A stretch of 63,632 nucleotides of DNA, filler included, from Sluysia triapertura (lineage: Eukaryota): NCBI GenBank assembly GCA_046118255.1. It is 5 parts of 5 records of this genome, joined end to end, with 100 filler letters (N's around TTAATTAATTAA, not from the genome) between each part and the next. Parts side by side here need not be neighbours in the genome. Positions count along the whole stretch, not along the records: positions 51,369 to 63,632 come from JBJNIA010124523.1; 4 more parts are not named here. One strand, written 5' to 3'. The position numbers and the translations under genes are program-made. Positions 55,590 through 63,632 of the stretch are shown here, one piece after another. Position 1 is the first letter of the stretch. Every line of letters starts with the position of its first letter. Under the pieces are notes generated by a model. It made no database searches. It was not told the DNA's origin and saw only the letters and a program-made list of their open reading frames with translations.

Positions 55590-55761
55590 CTTCCAGAAAT
55601 TGAAGCAGCTAATGTATACATATTTTGTCCATAATAATAAAAAGAAAGCATTCCTCGAGCAAAAAGATCACCTCGATAAGAAGCGCTTCGCAGACATAGT
55701 AAAGCAGATTCCATATCAACGGGTCTACCAATACCAAAAAAATGTATCACACCCAAAGTAG
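55590..55761 (-). CDS. LRP2BP: LRP2-binding protein (Sel1-like repeat) exon
   Basis: tag|(A)TLGVIHFFGIGRPVDMESALLCLRSASYRGDLFARGMLSFYYYGQNMYTLAASISGR|gt resembles LRP2BP [44 protein letters not shown]. Neighbouring exons were not found. Confidence 0.75.
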
Positions 55762-56668
55762 CTATTTAATATAATAATAATCATAATATAATTATGTGGT
55801 ATCCGTGAAAAATACTTTATAAGGAATTTTCACGGCAATGAAAAATATATAATTAAAATATCCTAAAAATTAATCATAATCATAAGAATAGATTTTAGTT
55901 CCTAAATTTTTGTTAATTTCTTTGTTATATAATTGAAATGTCGAAAAAGAATGTAAAATTTTATTTGCACTTGCATCTCATAGATCAGAGATAAAGGCTG
56001 TTTATATTAAGTTTAAAGTTATTTAATATTAGTTAATGTATTGTGGACATTTCAACAACTGGAAGTTCAGAAGTTCTTGATTATAGAGAAAACCAAAATA
56101 ATTTTAAGAACTAAAAGTAAAGTTTATAACTGCCTAAAGTTTATAACTGCTTAAGTCATTAATAAAAAATAAGTTTAAAGGTATTTTAAATTTCATGTAA
56201 GTATCACAAGTCATTTCAATACAAATTAATTTAATAATTAATTAAATCCATACAAATATTATAACAAATATTATGACTACTAACATTGTTAACTAACTTT
56301 GACTATTGTTATTGTTTAATTTATAAATAATGTATTGTTATGACTAACAAATTTAAACTAAGTTATTTTTAAATTAGTATAATCAATAATATAATCGTTA
56401 TAATAAATAATAATTGTTATTTGTAAAACTTGTAACAATTTTATTGGAATTAATATATAGAATTTTAAAGTAAGATTATTATTTTAATTAATTTAATTTT
56501 AATTTACTTTAATTTTAATTTTTTTATTTTATGAGTCTCTAATTTGTCGCATCATCACTATTAATTTTTACTTTGTTTTATTTTATTATTTTTATTTAAT
56601 ATTTGAATGACCTCAAGGTCACTTCATTGAATATAAATAGTAAAGATACTTTGACAATACTCACACAA

Positions 56669-56780
56669 TTTTAAACACTACTTTGACACAATTCTTCAGA
56701 CGCTTTTATATTTTTAATTACCTACTTTTAAACACTACTTTAACACAATTCTTCAGACGCTTTTATATTTTTAATTACCT
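56669..56780. repeat. 57-bp direct tandem duplication
   Basis: TTTTAAACACTACTTT(G/A)ACACAATTCTTCAGACGCTTTTATATTTTTAATTACCT occurs twice. Confidence 0.9.
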
Positions 56781-57100
56781 GTGTTAATTTGACAAGCCGA
56801 AGATTGCAAGGAATTCTTCCGGAGCTATACATATTGCATCTATTCTTAGTTAGTTTTTTATTTATAAGTTGTTAGCAGTATTTCAAACTGCATCTCTAAA
56901 ATAGACTTAAAATCTATCTTTTCATGATAGCTGATTAAAATCTTAATTTAAAAATTATTAATTTTAAAAGATTATTCATTATAATAATCTTAGCCAAATT
57001 TCATATTTATTTATTATAAATATTCGTTGTATATTTTTACATTTTTTAATAAACATTGAGAAAGTTATTTTAATATGTTATTTCAAAATTACATAAAGAA

Positions 57101-57200
57101 AAGGTTCAGTGTAAGAACTTAATTAAAATATTCATAGTATTATTAAAGGTTCGGTTTAAGAACCTCAGTAAAATCATTTTTGGTTCAGAGTAAGAACCAC
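57101..57200. repeat. Three spaced hairpin motifs GGTTC-N4-TAAGAAC(C)
   Basis: AAGGTTCAGTGTAAGAACTT, AGGTTCGGTTTAAGAACCT and TGGTTCAGAGTAAGAACCA. Confidence 0.7.
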
Positions 57201-57304
57201 ATTAAAAATTAGTAAAAATCTTTAAAAATAAAAGCTTCTATTTTGAATATACTAAAGCTTGAGAAATTTTTAAGTGCCTCCAGTTACTTTAATTAAATTT
57301 GCAC

Positions 57305-57400
57305 ACAAAATCCAACGGTTAGGCCTAACAGGTAAGTCCAATACGTTGGTGAACTCACTTTAATTTTAACTTATTCTGCAAAACTTTTCTTACAGTATTA
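57305..57400 (-). repeat. Dispersed repeat, copy 2 (see 4462-4565)
   Basis: AAATCCAACGG...GGTAAGTCCAATACGTTGGTGAACTCAC is the reverse complement of the 4.5-kb copy. Confidence 0.75.
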
Positions 57401-58368
57401 ATAATGTATTAATGTTTTATGTGCGAGTTAAGTATATTTTAGGCATGAATATATGTATAAATTCATATATGTATAAAGGTAGTAACAAAATTATCGTGAA
57501 ACAGCACATTTAGTTTTGTTAACATGCGTATTTTTTCTTTTAAGAAATTAGGAAAGTTATTTTTGATAGAATAGTGATGTCTAAGTTTCTGAAGAATAAA
57601 TGATGAAAGTGTCATCCAAGTACATTAAATGTGGGTTAACTGAGGGACATTTAGTATTATTGAAATTATTTTCAATGTTGCAGTTATAATTGTTGGTAAT
57701 GTTTATTGTACTACAAATTATGTTAGATTTAATAGATATTACTATAAATTTTGGTATTTTATGCTATAAAGATTCCTTTTTGATTAATTGGATTAGTTGA
57801 ATGATTATTCATTGTTGGAAGGGGTTTAATTTTATATCGTGAAAATTCGTTAAAAGTAGAGATAACAATGAATAAATCAATTTATTACAAAAATTAAGTA
57901 ACAAAAATTTTAAAATTCATAATATTGAAATGTTTATAGCACTTTGGGAAGAACTATTATGGACTTAATGTCCTTAATGAAATACGATTTAAGGTCGATA
58001 AAAAATCACAACCCAACGAATATGATAAGCCTTTTTAAAAACCATAATAGAATCTAACAAAAATAAAATTCGGAACAAGAATTAATGTTAATTCTCGACT
58101 TGAATCTAAAACAGTATTATTCTAGATAATGAAGCATTAGAGAATCTTTAAAATATCTTCTACTTTAATTACTTTTACAGCTCTTATTAAAATTTTTTCT
58201 ACTAGCACGATATTATTAATATACTTACTACATTTAAATCTTTTACCAAACTTATTGTTTTTAGTAAATAATTAGAATTTACTAATAAATAATTAGTATT
58301 GAGTAAATAGTATTTACCGTTTTTGTAATTCGATCAAAATATTTTTACATCTATTCATTTTAATCTAG

Positions 58369-61300
58369 GCTGCAGGTGCAAGTCAAGGTTATGGGGTTTG
58401 GTTTAAATTTTTTATTCAAATTTCAACAATCTAGTTTTTTTGGATATTCATTTGATTTTGATTTTCATACATATTATATATGTAGTCTTTTATACATTAA
58501 TTAGTATTGGTAAATATATGGAATTGATATCACATAAATAATTCGAAAATGATTATTATCATTAAAATTTAAAATTGACTGTTTATAAAGTAAATTCTAA
58601 CCAGAGTTATTACTTTGGTAGGATAAAATATTGAATTGAATTTTATTCTGTAGACCTACTTTAGACTTTAGAATACCATAATATAATGAATAAAAATGTA
58701 AAGAAAATATATTTCACTAGTTTTACATTTTACTCTATTAAAAATTTTATTAATAGGAAGCAGAATCTTTCAACAATTGTGTCGAGAAATTATAATTCTT
58801 TAAACTTTTATTTTTTCTATATATTTTTTTCAAAACATTAGTGAAATTTTAATGCTTAATTTCGAACTTATCGCTTTCATAAATAATTAAAATAAATTCA
58901 TAAATTAAGATTATAAATTTTCTTTCAGGTGCCTTCAGCTAAGGTTAGTTTATTTTGTATTTAATTTAATACTATTTAAATTTAAAATTTATTTTCTACG
59001 TTTGGTTCTAATTTTGGATAAAAACATTTAAAAATTATTAAATAACCATTAACAATAATATAAATACAAAATCAGGAATTAACCATAATTTTCCATTGAA
59101 CATTTTGTTATTGAAGTTGAATATATTGTATATGATTTTATTTCCTAATTTCTTATTGTAAGAGTTTAAATTGTGTGCATGTATTGTGCAATCTGTTATG
59201 TTATAACTTTTTTAATTAGATTTTTAAAATTCGGAGTTAGATTTATTTTATGTTGAATATTTGCTGTTAATTCCGAGAGCGACAGTATAACTTATAAAAA
59301 CGATTAAACTATATCAACATTAAAGTGATATGGAAAACCATTTCAGAGTCAAATTTACATAAATAATTTTCCTAACTGGAATTTAGCACATTTACGTAAA
59401 TTGTTTTAATGTCTAATTTACTCAATATTTTAATTAAAATACTGTTTAGTAATAAATTTAGGTTTCGACTTATTTTAATAACGGATATTCTAAATTTATT
59501 ATACCTGGTGGACTTACTGTAGTATACATTAATTTTAGTCCAAATATTTTGTGTAAAAAATTCAACTTTAAAGGGCAGAAAAATGAAACATGAATACTAA
59601 GATAAAAATAATATCTAACGCTTTTATGATAGATGTTTTTTATATTTTCCTTTAATTAATCATGGATAATCCACTAAAATAGCAAAATACTCACTAAATA
59701 ATATTGTTAGACTTCGTAAAATGGATTGACCTGGATTCGAACCGGGGACCTCTCGCTGCGCTATTATAACAATTATAGTCCATTATATCAAATGACACTG
59801 TAGGCCTGTATCCCAATAAAATTGAATCTAATAGCAACATCTCTCTTGGCTTCTTTATGTTTACATATTTTATCACTAAAATATAATTTCTAATTGAAGT
59901 AAATTATTGAAATATTGGAATTTGTTGAAATTACGGATAATTTGATATTGTTTGGTCCAGGTAAACCGCAACTTGATTGAAATACAATGAATGTCGTTTG
60001 GAATTGATATTGAATTATGCGATATTGATTGTGATGGTTGATAAGTACTATTACATTTATCATCATTATTGCAATAGAAATTCATGGCTTTTGCACATAT
60101 TAATTAAAAACGTAATGACTTGTTGGAATGAAATTAATGTCTAGAACGTTAACTCGAATTACTCATAACATTGAAATGGTGTAGGTGGAAGATTGGCACA
60201 ATAGCAATAAAAACAGTCAATTCTGCATGTTTATTCATAAAGAAACTTGCATAAATATTGAATGCGTTTTGTCTATGGAAGATTAACAACTGATGTAACT
60301 GTTTGACAGAACCAAACTTATTTTGTCTGAACTAAAATTATTATAGACTGGAAAATTGATACAAATTTAAGTATATTTTAACCCTGTATGATATAAAGGA
60401 ATAACTTAATAAATATTAACTTACGATTTATCTTTTTTAAGAAATAGGGATAATTTGCGTTGCTTTTTATATTAAATTTTATGATTGTTACATCCAAGAA
60501 TATCTCATCATAAAAATTAATTCCGAAAATAAAAGGAAATGGGCAATAAATCCAAAATTGTAATTAAAAATAATTTTATAAAATAAAAATATAAATATTT
60601 CAATAATTAGTTTTCAAAAATGTAAGTAAAAATTATTTAAATAATTTAATTATTTAATAATTACTTTAGTAAATTATTTAAATAATTTAGTTTACAATAT
60701 TTTTATAAATTAATTTTAAATTACTTTACTTTAATTTACTTAAGCCATGATAAACTTTATTTAGGTCGTATTAGACCCCGACATATTTTTAATGCATGGC
60801 CTGGGNNNNNNNNNNNNNNNNNNNNNNNNNNNNNNNNNNNNNNNNNNNNNNNNNNNNNNNNNNNNNNNNNNNNNNNNNNNNNNNNNNNNNNNNNNNNNNN
60901 NNNNNNNNNNNNNNNNNNNNNNNNNNNNNNNNNNNNNNNNNNNNNNNNNNNNNNNNNNNNNNNNNNNNNNNNNNNNNNNNTTAGTATTATTATTAATATT
61001 AATATTAGTATTAGTTATTGATGGTTGTTGTGATGATGTTGAGTATGATTTTATCTGGTATTTATCAGCTGCAAATTTGAGATAGCAATTCTGATAGAAA
61101 AATATACGTGCTATTACTAGCCAGTCTTAAATCACTTGAGTGACAAGTTACACTTGCACTTCTTTTTCAAGTTTACTATATAAGCATTGTAAACCAATTG
61201 GCATTTGTTGATAATTCTTGGTTAAGCAGCTATAGTAAACTTACATTTCGTTTATATTGGCATTTTTCTATCGATTCGTTCATTTCGCATTCTGTTTTAG

Positions 61301-63028
61301 TTTGAATTGCTTTGTACCTAATAGATTTAATGAAGTATTTTTAACTTTCCGATTTAACTTGTTTGATATTATAACAAAATATTTTGAATCCATTTTACGA
61401 GTAAGACCTCTAGATTAAATTGTTGCTGTCTCGTTAGTAACAATACAATATCTGAGTACAAGATTACATTGTAACACATAAATACCTTCTGCAAATAATG
61501 TACAAATTATAACATTAACAAAGCCTTTTTTTAAAAATTCATTCCACATGTGACAACAAATGAATTAAATGACTGTGAAAATTATGTATTATTTGTAGTT
61601 CAACATTAATATTTCAATTACCAATTGCCAAATGAAGTCAATTTTTTATATTATCGTAATTTCTTTATTTCTTCTTTTATTTCTTTAGTTTCTGTATTAT
61701 CAAAGTTATCTTCATTTAAATGTTGGACACCTTCTAAATTTTCTATCCAATAAAATAACGCCATCCATTAATTTGTTATTTTGATTTAGCATTACTCGTA
61801 GTATTTCCAATCAGCAGTTTCATTTTTTTGTATTTTAAGCATTACAAAACTGTTTACAAAGAACTTTATTTAAAAGTTGACAATAAAATTTCAATGTGAA
61901 GAAGTTGTAATATATTATGTGCTGTAAATTGGGAATTTTAGAGATAAAAATTTATATAAACTGTTTCTTTAATTAAAGTTTTTGTAATGAGTTGGACCAC
62001 CACATTTTCATATTTTACTATAGCATAATATAAATACTGGTAATATTTATTTTCAGACAATATCGGTTAATTATTATTTAATTCAAATTATTTGTTCTTG
62101 TACAAATAATAAATAGTCGTGGTGAAATTAATTGTATAATTGTAATTTTAGACACAGCCATCTAAGGTAAATTTATGTTACAAAACCATTTATAATTGTC
62201 TAAGAAATTTGAAATAGGATCTGAATGAGTTTTCATAAGCATGCAATAATTTCTTTATATTTCTTAACTCATCCTCATTAAATAATTATTAATCAGATAA
62301 TTTACAGTGATTGACTATTGGCTTTTGTGCCATTCGAATCGTTAATGACATTCATTCTGAATGCACAATGTTGAATTATGTTTCTAACAATGGTTTGCTC
62401 TATTCTTTTCCTTTGCACAATTAATATTTGAAAGTAGTCAAAACAATTAGATAATTAATTTGTACAAAGTTTTCTACATATGGGATAATAATTTTTTTTG
62501 AAAATGTTGTATTTTATGTTATTTGTGTTAAAATTCTAAATTGTTCAACGTTGATTTACATTGGAAGCAACTGTTACTTGACGATAACTTATTTTTGCAG
62601 TATAATTTTTAATTTTCTTCTTTTAATTTTATTACTTTATAGGTTTTTTAATTTTACATTTAAGAGAAATATAATAAAATGAATGAATAATAATCTAAGG
62701 GAAATATACTTAATTACTTTTACAATTTGCTCTATTTAATACACATCCGTCTTGTTTTAAGAAAATAAAATTCTTTAAAGCAATTTTAAATTTCCTATAA
62801 ATATTTATGTCAAAATTTTAGTGAAATTTTAATGCTATAATTTTGGTACATAATAAAAATTTGATAAAAGCATTACATAAAATTCATTGTTTTATACATA
62901 ATATTGATTATAATATTTAATAATTACTTAAACTTCAGGCAGAATCACTTTTTGTTATTCAATCAAAATATTTTTATGTTGTCTTTTTTATTTTATTCTA
63001 GGCTGCAGGTGCAAGCCAAGGTTATGAG
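58369..63028 (+). CDS. Candidate micro-exon gene: 58369-58395 (AAGASQGYG), 58929-58943 (VPSAK), 62057-62065 (TIS), 62152-62166 (TQPSK), 62939-62953 (AESLF), 63002-63028 (AAGASQGYE)
   Basis: GC-richer islets, each bounded by (T-rich)YAG and GT, each a multiple of 3 and stop-free in phase 0. Two 27-nt copies are 25/27 identical while their flanks diverge. Confidence 0.5.
59722..59763 (-). pseudogene. 3' half of a tRNA (T-arm/B box); tRNA pseudogene or SINE head
   Basis: GCGAGAGGTCCCCGGTTCGAATCCAGGTCAATCCA followed by TTTT. No D-arm or A box upstream. Confidence 0.65.
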
Positions 63029-63632
63029 GTTACGTTTACTATTTTTTATTCAAATTTCATACAATCTGTTTTAATATTATCCTGATATTCGTTTATTTTA
63101 AACTTTATTTTCATAAATATTATAAATATGTTTATTTTATTGGTAAATATATTATTTAAGTAATTAATATCTGTGGTAGCTCAATTTTCATAAATACATT
63201 TCTAATTCAAACAAATAAAAACTGAATTAGCTGAATTAGCTGCCAAATCGTATTTTAGTGGAGCAAATTTATAATTTTGTTAATATGTATTTCGATTTTT
63301 AATTAGCAAGTAAATTTTATGCAATGTTGCTTAAAGTTTTTTTACTAGTTTATAAAGTGCATCAAATTGGCTGAAAATTTAGAATGCATGGAAAGGTTTA
63401 GAACTCATTTAAACAATTTAATAAAATTTTGATTTTCAATTAATTTATAGTGTTAATTCTGATCAAATCCAAATAAGTGCTACAAAAAATCAATACAACC
63501 TCTTAAAAAAATTTTCTGATAATTTAAAAGTTGTAATCGGTTATTGCAAGCCATTGTGATGTCGTATTAAAAATTCTAAAGTTAAATATATTTTGGATTT
63601 AGTCCTATTAACTTAAAATGTACTTTGTTTCA

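Noticed and set aside
60100-60340. Cadherin-repeat relic (VIRVNVLDINF, minus strand)
   Set aside because: Only one partial motif, lacking DxNDN.P, and with multiple stops.
63307-63309. 3-nt micro-exon (ag|CAA|gtaaat), plus 5-nt (62117-62121) and 14-nt (58311-58324) candidates
   Set aside because: Too short to distinguish from chance, or frame-breaking, without RNA data.

Overview
Very AT-rich eukaryotic (metazoan) scaffold with N-gaps, four of which contain an artificial TTAATTAATTAA linker. It is not prokaryotic. The best-supported gene is a spliced slingshot phosphatase (SSH; minus strand, 10 exons traced, 21759->11483). Its first four introns are only 31-36 nt, and its 3' end is probably lost in a gap. 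Also present: a PHRF1-like RING-RING-PHD gene (+, 45377-50397), two exons of a KMT2E/SETD5-like SET gene (+, 8076-9194) and an isolated LRP2BP exon (-). Decayed copies of housekeeping genes include TRNT1, RABL2, SKP1, possibly GGT, and a CCCH finger. Mobile DNA includes pogo/Tc1 MITEs, hAT ends, a pogo transposase relic and a Ty3/gypsy RT relic. The most unusual signal is a series of candidate symmetric micro-exons (9, 15 and 27 nt, with a duplicated AAGASQGY(G/E) exon) at 58.3-63.0 kb, and a smaller cluster at 25.8 kb. These may belong to a micro-exon gene invisible to ORF calling. Tiny introns, low GC and the ciliary GTPase RABL2 would fit a reduced ciliated spiralian parasite such as an orthonectid, but that is inference only. 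Homology calls come from manual translation and recalled family motifs, not database searches.
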